Source of the DNA: Candidatus Micrarchaeia archaeon
GTDB taxonomy: Archaea; Micrarchaeota; Micrarchaeia; Burarchaeales; Fermentimicrarchaeaceae
Reading direction: 5' to 3'
Assembly: GCA_038871515.1 (NCBI GenBank)
Contig: JAVZHX010000001.1
Coordinates: 32,001 to 96,000 of the forward strand
DNA: 64,000 nt
The notes beneath the pieces are model-generated. The model searched no databases. It saw nothing but the letters and a program-made list of their open reading frames with translations, and was not told the origin of the DNA. A program made the position numbers and the translations under genes. This document shows positions 55,145 through 64,000 of the stretch, piece after piece (the stretch's first letter is position 1; each line of letters opens with the position of its first letter).

Positions 55145-55205
55145 GCAGAAGCTATCAGCCCAAGGGGCGGTTTTGCCTCAACGGCAAGGTGAGCTTCATC
55201 ACCAT
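55145..55205 (-). ncRNA. Fluoride riboswitch (crcB motif)
   Basis: GGTGATGAAGCTCACC...AACCGCCCCTTGGGCTGATAGCTTCTGC: P1 GGTGA/TCACC, pseudoknot GAAGCT/AGCTTC, AACCGC..GCTGAT core. Confidence 0.9.
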
Positions 55206-55257
55206 AGGTTTAATGTTAGATTTAATTTAAATAATTAACCGGAAGCGTCACTTCATC

Positions 55258-55791
55258 CTAAATATTTTCTTGTGAGTTCTCCCTGAACCGTTTTCTATCT
55301 GCTTTTATCTGCGATGGCAATGCAAATCTTCCGTAAGGAGTTTGCTTAGTTTTGGCTCCCGAAACTTCCCCGCGGTGGAGGATTATTTCATTTCCATAAA
55401 ATGAGAGCAACCTTGCAATTTTCCTTGCACGCCAAGTCCCTCTTGCAATATTTTTCTCAACACGTTGTTTTAGATTTATTCTCCTTGAAATTTTTGGGTT
55501 TACTATATGTATGTCTCCCGAAGGCTGCCAGTTTAAACCCAGTGCTTCTTCTGCCGTCCTACAACTGAAATAAAATTCGTTGGTTCCCAAAAAAAGCGCA
55601 ACCGCCTGCGAGAGAACCTTGAGTGGTTTTTCTATGAATGCAGCTTTTCTTTCCTCCTCAAGCGGAACATAGTAAATTCCTTTGAAAGGCGTTGGGAATA
55701 GCTTGAGAGAGGAGCACATAGCGAGAATTTCCTTCTCGCTCAACCCTTCTGAGCGCAGCTGTGCAAAACTGACTGCCTGCTTAGGAAGCAT
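55258..55791 (-). CDS. Putative AbiEi-like antitoxin
   Basis: PFKGIYYVP, FYFSCRTAEEALG motifs; overlaps the AbiEii gene. Confidence 0.6.
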   Translation of the reverse strand: MLPKQAVSFAQLRSEGLSEKEILAMCSSLKLFPTPFKGIYYVPLEEERKAAFIEKPLKVLSQAVALFLGTNEFYFSCRTAEEALGLNWQPSGDIHIVNPKISRRINLKQRVEKNIARGTWRARKIARLLSFYGNEIILHRGEVSGAKTKQTPYGRFALPSQIKADRKRFRENSQENI

Positions 55792-56368
55792 CAGAAATCA
55801 CCTTTTGGAAAGCTGCTGCATCCTCCTGGTTTACCGCCATAGCGCTTATAGTATCAGCGCCCTTTGGAGAACCACTTTTTTTGATCAACTTTTTCACCAT
55901 CGCAGAAGCGCCTTTCCCTTTCAAAATGCAGAATATGTCAAACAGGTCTCTTGCCTCGTTTCTTTCTCTGTAAGCAGAAAGCTTCATTTTGAGGATATCT
56001 TCAAGCGAAGCTACTCTTATCTTTGTGCCTCCAAAAACGTGCTCTTGCAATTTCTTGAGTTTTAGCTCTGGCTCGAAAACCTCAACTTTTATACTTGTAT
56101 CCTCGAACTGAATGATGAACTGGTTCCTGAAAGCCCCCGGCACAGTTCGGTAGCCTTTCTTGGAGAGGCAGCCCTTGAGCTCTTCCTTTAGCTTTGTTTC
56201 ATCCCCGGCTATTGGAACGAAGTCCAAATCCACGCTCACACGGTGCTTTAGGTAGAAAAGGGCAAGCGCTGTCCCACCAACGAGAATTAATCTTCCCTGT
56301 GCACATTCAGCAACATCCGGAAGTATCTCCAGCACCTTTTTATATTTTCTATTGAATGATTCATCCAT
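55781..56368 (-). CDS. AbiEii/DUF1814 nucleotidyltransferase toxin
   Basis: LVGGTALAL..LKHRVSVDLDF, MKLSA..RNEARDLFD. Confidence 0.9.
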   Translation of the reverse strand: MDESFNRKYKKVLEILPDVAECAQGRLILVGGTALALFYLKHRVSVDLDFVPIAGDETKLKEELKGCLSKKGYRTVPGAFRNQFIIQFEDTSIKVEVFEPELKLKKLQEHVFGGTKIRVASLEDILKMKLSAYRERNEARDLFDIFCILKGKGASAMVKKLIKKSGSPKGADTISAMAVNQEDAAAFQKVISDAS

Positions 56369-56568
56369 GATAACATTGCAGTGCTAAACTATATAAATCT
56401 TATTATTACTACATTAAAATTTATTTAATATAAATTAAACATGATCGACTGGGGGATAGTTCGTTCACGTGCCTGCGTCTACTCAATAATCTATAGATTG
56501 CTGCAGAATTGGACACTTTTGTTAGGGGGTTGATGGGTAGAAAAGCAGGATACTAGGATGATACAAGA

Positions 56569-56654
56569 TGCAGGGGGTGGGATTTGAACCCACGAACCCA
56601 CTATGGGACGAGGTTCTGAGCCTCGCACATTTGACCAGGCTTTGCTACCCCTGC
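56569..56654 (-). tRNA. tRNA-Leu(CAG)
   Basis: GCAGGGG/CCCCTGC acceptor, CGAGG-CTCAGAA-CCTCG anticodon arm, long variable arm. Confidence 0.95.
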
Positions 56655-56723
56655 AACGAATATATTTTAATTAACAATATAAAAAGAGTTATTGTTAAAA
56701 AGAAGTGGGAATAAAAACCAATT

Positions 56724-58823
56724 GTGGTGGTGTCTATGGATTTGTTTCTGTTAGTTCCTCTCGGCTCGTTGATTGCTCTTTTCTTTGCGGGTTACCTTGT
56801 TTATAAAGTAGTTAAACATGAGGAGGGGGATGAGGAGATAAAGAGCATATCGGCGTATATACGGGAGGGTGCAAGCGCATACCTGAGAAGGCAGTATTTA
56901 ACAGTTGGAGCGATAGGTTTTATTGTTTTTCTTGTTCTGCTTGCGCTTGCGTATTTTGATGAAATATCTTACTTTGTTGCTTATGCATTTGTGCACGGAA
57001 TGATAAGCTGCGCGCTTGCTGGTTTCATTGGAATGTCAATTTCAACAAGGGCGAATGGGAGAACAACATTTGCTGCAAAAACAAGTTTCAGCCGTGCGCT
57101 TGATATTGCTTTCAGCAGCGGGGCGGTTATGGGTTTGTGTGTTGTTGGCATTGTTTTGATGGATATAACAATCTGGTATTCAATTCTCAATTACTTCTAC
57201 CCAGGGCAGCTTGAGCTTATAACCGATGTTATGGTTTCATCTGTGATTGGAACGAGTTTGATGGCATTCTTCGCAAGGGTTGGCGGTGGAATTTATACAA
57301 AGGCTGCTGACGTTGGAGCTGACCTTGTTGGGAAGATTGAAAAGGGAATTCCCGAAGATGACCCGAGGAATGCTGCGGTGATTGCGGATCAGGTTGGTGA
57401 CAATGTGGGTGATGTTGCGGGGATGGGTGCGGATTTGCATGAGTCATATGCAAGCGCAACGCTTGCTGCGATGGCGCTTGGCGCATTTGCGTTTGCAGCG
57501 CTTAACATGAGCTTCAATGCGATGATGGTTCCTCTTTTGATAATGGTTGGGGGGGTTATTTCGTCGATAGTTGGGACGTTTTTTGTGAAAATTGAGGGGG
57601 AGAGAGTTAGATATAGAGAGCTACTTATGGCGTTGAGGAGAGGGGTTTACGCCACGTCAATTCTCTCCTTGGTTTTTTCACTCATTATTATTTACCTGTT
57701 GCTTGGCGCTGAGCATATATGGCTTTGGGGCGCGATTGCTGCTGGCTTGATTGCAGGCGCAGTGATTGGTTACGTCAGCGAGTATTACACTTCTTGCGCA
57801 TATGCTCCAACAAGAAGAGTTGCTTTGTCTGCTGAAAGTGGAACCGCAACTCTTATAATAAGTGGTTTGTCTGTTGGGATGCTGAGCACGGCAATTCCAA
57901 TTATAATTGTAAGTATGGTTTCAGTGCTTGGCTATTACCTTGCAGGCGGAGCAGTCAATCATGAGCTTGGCTTGTACGGAGTTGCTTTGACTGCTGTTGG
58001 TATGTTAAGCACACTTGGTATGACGCTTGCAACAGATGCATACGGGCCTGTTGCGGATAACGCAGCCGGAATTGCGGAGATGACGCACCAGCCACCTAAG
58101 ATAAGGAGCAGGCTGGATGCGCTGGATGCGATTGGTAATACAACTGCTGCAACAGGAAAAGGATATGTGATTGCATCTGGTGCGCTTACGGTTATTGCGC
58201 TTATAACAACGTATACTCAGTTGGTTAACAAGATAATTGCGCCTGATTCAATTTCATTAAGTTTATCCGAGCCGCTTGTTATAGCTGGTTTGTTCATAGG
58301 AGGTATGCTTCCATTTGTTTTCAGCTCAACAACCATGAAGGCAGTTGGCCACACGGCTGAGAGTATAGTTGCAGAAGTAAGAAAGCAGTGGAGAGTTAAA
58401 GGAGTGCGGGAGGGAAAGGTGAAGCCTGATTATGCGAGGTGCGTTGATATATGCACAAGAGCGGCTTTGGGCGCGCTTTCAAAGCCAGCTCTTATAGCGA
58501 TTCTCACCCCAATTATCGTTGGGTTTATACTTGGGCCGAAGGGAGCGGTTTCTCTTCTCATAGGAGCATTGGTTTCATCTTTTTCAATGGCGCTTATGAT
58601 GGCAAACGCTGGAGCTGTGTGGGATAATGCAAAAAAATACATTGAGGCGGGGCATCACGGAGGAAAAGGTTCGGAGCAGCATAAAGCAGCAATTGTTGGT
58701 GATACAATCGGGGATCCGTTCAAGGATACATCCGGTCCATCGCTGGATGGGTTGATAAAGCTGATGACAATGGTTTCGCTGGCAATTGCGCCAGTGATTG
58801 TGAAGTATGCATTGCTGAGGTAA
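56724..58823 (+). CDS. hppA: Membrane ion-translocating pyrophosphatase (K+-dependent type)
   Basis: GGGIYTKAADVGADLVGKIE, EDDPRN, GDNVGD, GNTTAA, WDNAKK, GDTIGDPFKD. Confidence 0.95.
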   Translation: MVVSMDLFLLVPLGSLIALFFAGYLVYKVVKHEEGDEEIKSISAYIREGASAYLRRQYLTVGAIGFIVFLVLLALAYFDEISYFVAYAFVHGMISCALAGFIGMSISTRANGRTTFAAKTSFSRALDIAFSSGAVMGLCVVGIVLMDITIWYSILNYFYPGQLELITDVMVSSVIGTSLMAFFARVGGGIYTKAADVGADLVGKIEKGIPEDDPRNAAVIADQVGDNVGDVAGMGADLHESYASATLAAMALGAFAFAALNMSFNAMMVPLLIMVGGVISSIVGTFFVKIEGERVRYRELLMALRRGVYATSILSLVFSLIIIYLLLGAEHIWLWGAIAAGLIAGAVIGYVSEYYTSCAYAPTRRVALSAESGTATLIISGLSVGMLSTAIPIIIVSMVSVLGYYLAGGAVNHELGLYGVALTAVGMLSTLGMTLATDAYGPVADNAAGIAEMTHQPPKIRSRLDALDAIGNTTAATGKGYVIASGALTVIALITTYTQLVNKIIAPDSISLSLSEPLVIAGLFIGGMLPFVFSSTTMKAVGHTAESIVAEVRKQWRVKGVREGKVKPDYARCVDICTRAALGALSKPALIAILTPIIVGFILGPKGAVSLLIGALVSSFSMALMMANAGAVWDNAKKYIEAGHHGGKGSEQHKAAIVGDTIGDPFKDTSGPSLDGLIKLMTMVSLAIAPVIVKYALLR

Positions 58824-58827
58824 TCAT

Positions 58828-60000
58828 TTGAAAAAGCTTTTTGGAGTGGATAGAAACGTAGTTGCTTTGGGAGTTGTCAGTTTTTTCACAGATGTTTCAA
58901 GCGAGATGATTTTTCCCCTTCTTCCAATTTTTGTAACCTCAGTTTTAGGGGCGGGGAAGGAAGTGCTTGGATTGATTGAAGGAGTTGCTGACAGCGCGTC
59001 AAGTTTGTTTGATATTTTTGTTGGTTATCTGTCTGATAAAATGAGGAGAAGGAAGGATTTTGTTGTTGCTGGTTACGGGCTTTCTTCAATAGTTAAAATA
59101 GGTATTGCGCTTTCAACAAGCTGGTGGCATGTTTTAATTATGCGTGGTTTGGAGAGGTTGGGGAAGGGGTTGAGAACTGCTCCAAGGGATTCAATAATCG
59201 CTGCCTCTGCTGAAAGGAAAGGAAGGGGGAGGGCATTTGGGTTGCACAGGGCGATGGATACTTTTGGCGCAGTTGTCGGACCATTATTTGCTTATTTTAT
59301 TTTGAAGTTTGTTGGAGAAAGTGAAGCAGGATACCGCTCTGTTTTCTATGCTGCTCTCCTTCCTGCTTTTATTGCAGTTGCAGTGATAATTCTGTTTGTG
59401 AGGGAACCGAGAAAGAAGGTTGAAATTCCAAAAAAGCATCCTTTCTGGGAGTCAATGAGAAAAACTTCTGGTGAGTATAAAAAATTCCTTGCAGTTTCAG
59501 TTGTTTTTTCTCTTGCTTACTTCAGCTTTGCTTTCTTCATTGTCAGAGCTGCGGATATTGGGGTGAGGGCAGAGGATGTGATTCTGCTGTATGTTCTTTA
59601 TAATGTAGTTTACATGTTGTTTGCAATTCCCTCTGGCTTGCTTTCAGATAAAGTTGGGAGAAAGCCGGTGATTGCAGGCGCGTTTCTTCTTTATGGGGTG
59701 ATTTGTTTAGGGTTTGCGTTTGCAAGCGAGTGGTGGCATGCAGCGCTTCTTTTCATTCTTTACGGTGTTTTTGTTTCTGCAGATGAATCAGTGAACAAAG
59801 CATATATATCTGATTTGGAGCCGGATGAGAGAAGGGCGATGGCGCTTGGGGCATATAACACTGCTGTTGCTGCAACGTATCTGCCAGCAAGCTTGTTGAT
59901 TGGTTTTCTCTGGGGCACGCAAGGAGCGGTTGTTGGATTTGGAGTTGCTGGCGTAATTGGAGTAATCTCAGCTTTTGCGATGTTTATGTGCTGCAAGTAG
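58828..60000 (+). CDS. MFS transporter
   Basis: DVSSEMIFP, GYLSDK..RRK, GRAFGLHRAMD, SDKVGRK. Confidence 0.9.
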   Translation: MKKLFGVDRNVVALGVVSFFTDVSSEMIFPLLPIFVTSVLGAGKEVLGLIEGVADSASSLFDIFVGYLSDKMRRRKDFVVAGYGLSSIVKIGIALSTSWWHVLIMRGLERLGKGLRTAPRDSIIAASAERKGRGRAFGLHRAMDTFGAVVGPLFAYFILKFVGESEAGYRSVFYAALLPAFIAVAVIILFVREPRKKVEIPKKHPFWESMRKTSGEYKKFLAVSVVFSLAYFSFAFFIVRAADIGVRAEDVILLYVLYNVVYMLFAIPSGLLSDKVGRKPVIAGAFLLYGVICLGFAFASEWWHAALLFILYGVFVSADESVNKAYISDLEPDERRAMALGAYNTAVAATYLPASLLIGFLWGTQGAVVGFGVAGVIGVISAFAMFMCCK

Positions 60001-60001
60001 T

Positions 60002-60511
60002 TTATCCTTTTATTGCATTCAAATATTTCTCATAAAGCCTTGCGTACGCAACTGCCTCTGGGCTTTTGAATTCACCTTCCTCTTTAACACTGATTATTCC
60101 ATTTCTTTTCTCATCGTATGGAATTTTTCTGCTTATCGTGTCAAGCATTATATTCTCTTCTTTCACTCCCAAATCCTTCAGCAGTAAGTATATTTTCCTT
60201 CTCTCGCTTGGCTTTGCTCCAAGCTGGTTGCTTTCAGCCATGTTGAATATAACAATCTCTGCCATGATGTGGGCTGCTTTTTCCTCAAGTGTTTTGGAGC
60301 CTGCGCGATGAGGGAATTGCACAAGCTCCATAAGCTTCATTTCGTACAGATTGCCGAGCTGGCACAGCTTCCTTGAGCTCGGGTGCTCAAGCGAGTCAAC
60401 AACTGATTGATACGCAGTTTTTATTTTGTTGTATCTCTCCTCCTCTTCCTTCGTTGCATTAAGGCGCAGACGGATGAAAAAAGACGGTTGCTCAAGTTTC
60501 TGCGATTTCAT
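60002..60511 (-). CDS. Hypothetical protein
   Basis: 169-aa ORF; no motif. Confidence 0.55.
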   Translation of the reverse strand: MKSQKLEQPSFFIRLRLNATKEEEERYNKIKTAYQSVVDSLEHPSSRKLCQLGNLYEMKLMELVQFPHRAGSKTLEEKAAHIMAEIVIFNMAESNQLGAKPSERRKIYLLLKDLGVKEENIMLDTISRKIPYDEKRNGIISVKEEGEFKSPEAVAYARLYEKYLNAIKG

Positions 60512-60557
60512 AAGTAAGTTATGGAAATAGGAATATTAAAGAATTTGCAAATAAGCT

Positions 60558-61418
60558 TTATACTGGACAGCTAAACTTAAGCGGAGTGCATGTGCCCCTA
60601 CTCCCACCATCAATACGCTGGGTGCAACATCTGGAGCCGGGCGGGCAAGGACAATCGCCGGGACAACTGCCACAGTCCTCACCAACATCGCAAACACCAT
60701 TGTTATTACATGAAGGTGGTTGAGGGATACCCATGCAATCCTCTGGGCAGCTGAGGAAGTCCTCTCCTGGATCGCATGAACCATCGCCACAAAAGTGGCA
60801 TAGACAGTCAGCCGGGCAGTTACCGCAGTCTTCTCCAGGGTTGCAGGAGCCATCGCCGCAGTATGAAGTTGGCAGAGAAGATGAACCTATCTCGTAGGTT
60901 GTCAATAGCGAACCTACAACAACTCTTGTCATCTGGGTATCTGCCTCTATATATTTTATGTATATCTTGCCATTGTAGATTGTTCCAAATGATGTATCGC
61001 TTATTGGTTTTCCGTTGGCGTCAACACAGGAGATGCTGAGCCATTGCTTTGAGGGATCATTTGGATTGGAGAGAATTGCCTGAGTTCCTGACATCATTAC
61101 AATTCTGTTTTCAGGCGCACCGTAAGTAATTACCCCGTTAGTTGCGAAATCATCGCTGGTGTTTTGGGTGCAGTTAACCCCAGTTACTATAATAGTGCGT
61201 CCAGTTGCCTGCCCAACAAGCAAGTAGAGTTTGCCACTCCCAGCGGACAGCTGATGCGTAACGCAACTGAACCCAGTTGGGAAGATGCAGTAGGTTGGAG
61301 TTCTTGGTTTTAAAATGCCCAAATAGAATAGAATTGCCAGCACCACCATAATTATCAGTATTGCCCACCCGTAGGTCATAAGGTATTCCATTGCTGTTTG
61401 GCACTTCCTATACCTCAT
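60558..61418 (-). CDS. Archaeal pilin with Cys-rich C-terminal repeats
   Basis: RKC|QTAMEYLMTYGWAILII signal; 3x CG(D/N)GxCxxGEDxxxCPxDC. Confidence 0.85.
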   Translation of the reverse strand: MRYRKCQTAMEYLMTYGWAILIIMVVLAILFYLGILKPRTPTYCIFPTGFSCVTHQLSAGSGKLYLLVGQATGRTIIVTGVNCTQNTSDDFATNGVITYGAPENRIVMMSGTQAILSNPNDPSKQWLSISCVDANGKPISDTSFGTIYNGKIYIKYIEADTQMTRVVVGSLLTTYEIGSSSLPTSYCGDGSCNPGEDCGNCPADCLCHFCGDGSCDPGEDFLSCPEDCMGIPQPPSCNNNGVCDVGEDCGSCPGDCPCPPGSRCCTQRIDGGSRGTCTPLKFSCPV

Positions 61419-61479
61419 CTTATATTTGTGAGTTGGATGTGGTATTTAATGTTTCTGTAGTAGCTTCGATAGTTTTGAG

Positions 61480-61552
61480 TGGGGCTGCTGAGATTTGAAC
61501 TCAGGTCACGGGGTCCCGGACCCCGGAGCATACCAGACTAGCCCACAGCCCC
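61480..61552 (-). tRNA. tRNA-Pro(CGG) with C at position 33
   Basis: GGGGCTG/CAGCCCC-A acceptor, CGGGG-TCCGGGA-CCCCG anticodon arm, GTTCAAATC T-loop. Confidence 0.85.
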
Positions 61553-61600
61553 ATAGTTTAAATATAACCGAACAAATAATTAAAACCTGCAGGTGTTTAC

Positions 61601-63460
61601 GTGAAGGACCCTTTTCTGCATGCGAAAGAGGAAGTGGTTAAACTTGTTGAGGAGAGCTGCAAGAAGCTGAAGTTTCAAGTCAGCAAGGAGGAGATTGAAA
61701 GAAGTTTGGAGTATCCAAAGGAGCAGTTTGGAGATTTGGCAAGCGCGGTTTGCTTTGAGCTTGCAAAAAGAGAGAAGAAAGCTCCTCGTGCGATTGCGGA
61801 AAAAATAAAAGATAGTATTAGAAAGAGCGAGCTTGTTGAAAGAGTGGAGGTTGCAGGTGCGGGTTATCTTAATTTCTATTTCAATTATGAGAAGTTTGCA
61901 AAGCTGACAGTTGAGGCGGTTGAGAAAAATAAAAAATATGGGGAAGTTGATTTCGGAAAAGGAAGGAAAGCGCTTGTTGAATTTCCGTCAGTCAACCCAA
62001 ACAAACCGTGGCATATCGGGCATTTGAGGAATGCTCTGCTTGGTGACTCGGTTGCGAGAATTCTTGAGTTTGCTGGGTATAAAGTTGAGAGAGAAAACTA
62101 TATTGATGATTTGGGTTTGCAGGTAGCGCAGAGCGTATGGGGGTATATGAAATTGAATAATAAAGTTGAGGGGAAGGTTGACCATTGGCTTGGGAAGCAG
62201 TATGTGGAAGTTGCAAAAAGAAGTGGTGAGGAAGAAGTTGAGAGAGAAGTGAGAGAGATAATGAAAAAGCTTGAGGAGGGAGGGAATGAAATTTCCAAGC
62301 TGGGGAGGGAGCTTGCTGAGAGATGCGTGAAAGCGCAGTACGAAACTGCTTTCAAATTGAATGTTTATCAGGATGTGCTTATCTGGGAGAGCGATATTGT
62401 TAGGACAAGAATACTTGAGGATGCAATTGAGATGTTGGTTAAAAAGGGTGCGGCTGTGAGGGAAAGCGAAGGGGAGAATGCTGGCTGTATTGTTGCGAAG
62501 CTTGAGGGGATGAGGGAGTTTGTGGATATGGAAAACCCAGATAAAATTTTAATTCGCTCTGATGGAACAGCAACGTATACTGGTAAGGATGTTGCTTTTC
62601 AGATGTGGAAGTTCGGCATTCTTCCAAACAGATTCAAATTCAGCGTTTTTATGAAGCAGCCGAATGCAAAGATGCTTTACACAACAAGTTCAAAGGGAAA
62701 GAGGATGGGTTTTGGAAAGGCGGATTTGGTTGTTAATGTGATTGGGGTGGAACAGAGGTATCCTCAGAAAGTTTTGACAAGCTTGCTGAGGAGGATGGGG
62801 TATGAGAAGGAAGCGGATAACTCAGTTCATCTTTCCTATGAGCATGCGTGGTTGCCTGATGAGAGGTTTTCTGGCAGAGAAGGAACTTGGGTTGGTTACA
62901 CTGCAGATGAATTGGTTGAAAAGGCAGTTGAGTACGCGAAAGGTGAAATAAAAAATAGATTTAGGGAGATGGGCGAGAAGGAGAAGGAGGAAATTGCGAA
63001 AGCGGTTGGAGTTGGTGGGGTGAGGTTTGATTTTCTTAGGATGTCTCCTGAGAAAAAGATAGTATTCAGATGGGAAGAAGCGCTGAACTTTGAGGGGGAC
63101 AGCGCTCCGTATATACAATACTCGCATGCAAGAGCTGCGAGGATTATTGAGAAAGCACCAAAAGGAAAAGGAGCGGTGGATTACTCGGTTCTAACCTCAC
63201 CTGATGAGAGAAGGCTTGTTAAGCTTATTGCAAAATTTCCCTCAGTTGTCAGAAGTGCTGCAAGGGATTGTAGACCTCATTATGTTGCGGATTATTTGAT
63301 TGATTTGGCAACTGCTTTCAGCAAGTTTTATACAACCTGTCCTGTGCTTACTGCTCCTGAGAAGGAGAGAGCTGCAAGGCTGGCTTTGGTGAGATGCACG
63401 AAAAGAGTTTTGAGGAATGGATTAGAATTACTTGGAATAGAAGCAGTGGAGAGAATGTAG
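61601..63460 (+). CDS. argS: Arginyl-tRNA synthetase
   Basis: SVNPNKPWHIGHLRN, DDLGLQ, RSDGTATY, GDSAPYIQYSHARA, C-terminal ERM. Confidence 0.97.
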   Translation: MKDPFLHAKEEVVKLVEESCKKLKFQVSKEEIERSLEYPKEQFGDLASAVCFELAKREKKAPRAIAEKIKDSIRKSELVERVEVAGAGYLNFYFNYEKFAKLTVEAVEKNKKYGEVDFGKGRKALVEFPSVNPNKPWHIGHLRNALLGDSVARILEFAGYKVERENYIDDLGLQVAQSVWGYMKLNNKVEGKVDHWLGKQYVEVAKRSGEEEVEREVREIMKKLEEGGNEISKLGRELAERCVKAQYETAFKLNVYQDVLIWESDIVRTRILEDAIEMLVKKGAAVRESEGENAGCIVAKLEGMREFVDMENPDKILIRSDGTATYTGKDVAFQMWKFGILPNRFKFSVFMKQPNAKMLYTTSSKGKRMGFGKADLVVNVIGVEQRYPQKVLTSLLRRMGYEKEADNSVHLSYEHAWLPDERFSGREGTWVGYTADELVEKAVEYAKGEIKNRFREMGEKEKEEIAKAVGVGGVRFDFLRMSPEKKIVFRWEEALNFEGDSAPYIQYSHARAARIIEKAPKGKGAVDYSVLTSPDERRLVKLIAKFPSVVRSAARDCRPHYVADYLIDLATAFSKFYTTCPVLTAPEKERAARLALVRCTKRVLRNGLELLGIEAVERM

Positions 63461-63464
63461 TGAA

Positions 63465-63482
63465 ATGTAACCATGGTTACAT
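63465..63482. repeat. Perfect 18-bp palindrome ATGTAACCATGGTTACAT
   Basis: Self-complementary; lies between convergent stop codons. Confidence 0.8.
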
Positions 63483-63498
63483 AGCACGTGATTTAAAA

Positions 63499-63999
63499 TT
63501 AGTCCTGTTTCTTCCATAATTTCAGCCTTTCAAACATTCCCTTCATTTTAACTTCCTCAGATTTTAACTTTTCTATACTCGTCTCTCCTTCAGCAAGCTT
63601 TTCCGTATCAACTTTGAAAACTTTTAGAAAAGGTGTTATCACAATGAGCGTTCCATCTTCCATTATACCCGGTCGCATATTGGAATCACCACATGCTTTC
63701 TCAAAATTTCTCAAGTTTTCCTCACCAACTGATTGGACAAGTGAGTAATACATCCTGAACCCTTCTGATGCTCTTGCGAAGTGCATTATGAGTTTCTCCC
63801 TGCGCTTCCCCTCATCAAAGTATAACTGGGGAGTGAGCTCTGCGATGTGTCTCATCAATTGAAGCGCATTATACGCCGCAAGCGCATCATCCTCGCTCCT
63901 TGCAAGCGACATTTCAGTAAACACCGCCCTTCCCTCGGAATACCTTCTCTGAGCTCTTTTTATATTCTTTGGGCAGAGAAGAATTTCTCTGTGAGACCA
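63499..63999 (-). CDS. Hypothetical protein, probably 5'-truncated by the window edge
   Basis: The reading frame stays open from 63924 to the window end. Confidence 0.55.
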   Translation of the reverse strand, partial: WSHREILLCPKNIKRAQRRYSEGRAVFTEMSLARSEDDALAAYNALQLMRHIAELTPQLYFDEGKRREKLIMHFARASEGFRMYYSLVQSVGEENLRNFEKACGDSNMRPGIMEDGTLIVITPFLKVFKVDTEKLAEGETSIEKLKSEEVKMKGMFERLKLWKKQD

Positions 64000-64000
64000 G

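Noticed and set aside
50930..56660. attL/attR duplication of the tRNA-Leu 3' end
   Set aside because: No second copy of TGCAGGGGGTGGGATTTGAACC found by eye near the islet boundary
1..64000. CRISPR array, rRNA, transposase or integrase
   Set aside because: No regularly spaced repeats, rRNA-like stretch or recombinase/transposase motifs seen

Overview
Gene-dense archaeal chromosomal window, most likely DPANN/Candidatus Micrarchaeota. This is inferred from archaeal marker genes (rps8e, cgi121, archease, apgM, short XPF, CTP-dependent riboflavin kinase), pilins of the QxAMEYLMTYGW type and Cys-rich surface proteins. It contains two type IV pilus/T2SS-like loci (104-6402 and 39870-50921), whose ATPases are fused to or preceded by the same small winged-helix domain. 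smc has no neighbouring scpA/scpB and is instead preceded by two genes built from a repeated winged-helix-like module. Other content: three tRNAs (Gln-CTG, Leu-CAG, Pro-CGG), housekeeping genes and several large secreted or Cys-rich proteins. There are two accessory islets. The first (about 31.2-34.6 kb) holds an attC-like hairpin, a frameshifted membrane protein with tandem pilin domains and a nucleotidyltransferase followed by an unannotated small ORF. The second (about 51-56.5 kb, beside tRNA-Leu) holds an AbiEii-type TA pair, a fluoride riboswitch leading a prenyltransferase-fold gene, an ars-type operon and a DUF2703-like pseudogene. No CRISPR array, rRNA, integrase or transposase was seen. 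All family assignments are by eye from motifs; no searches were run.
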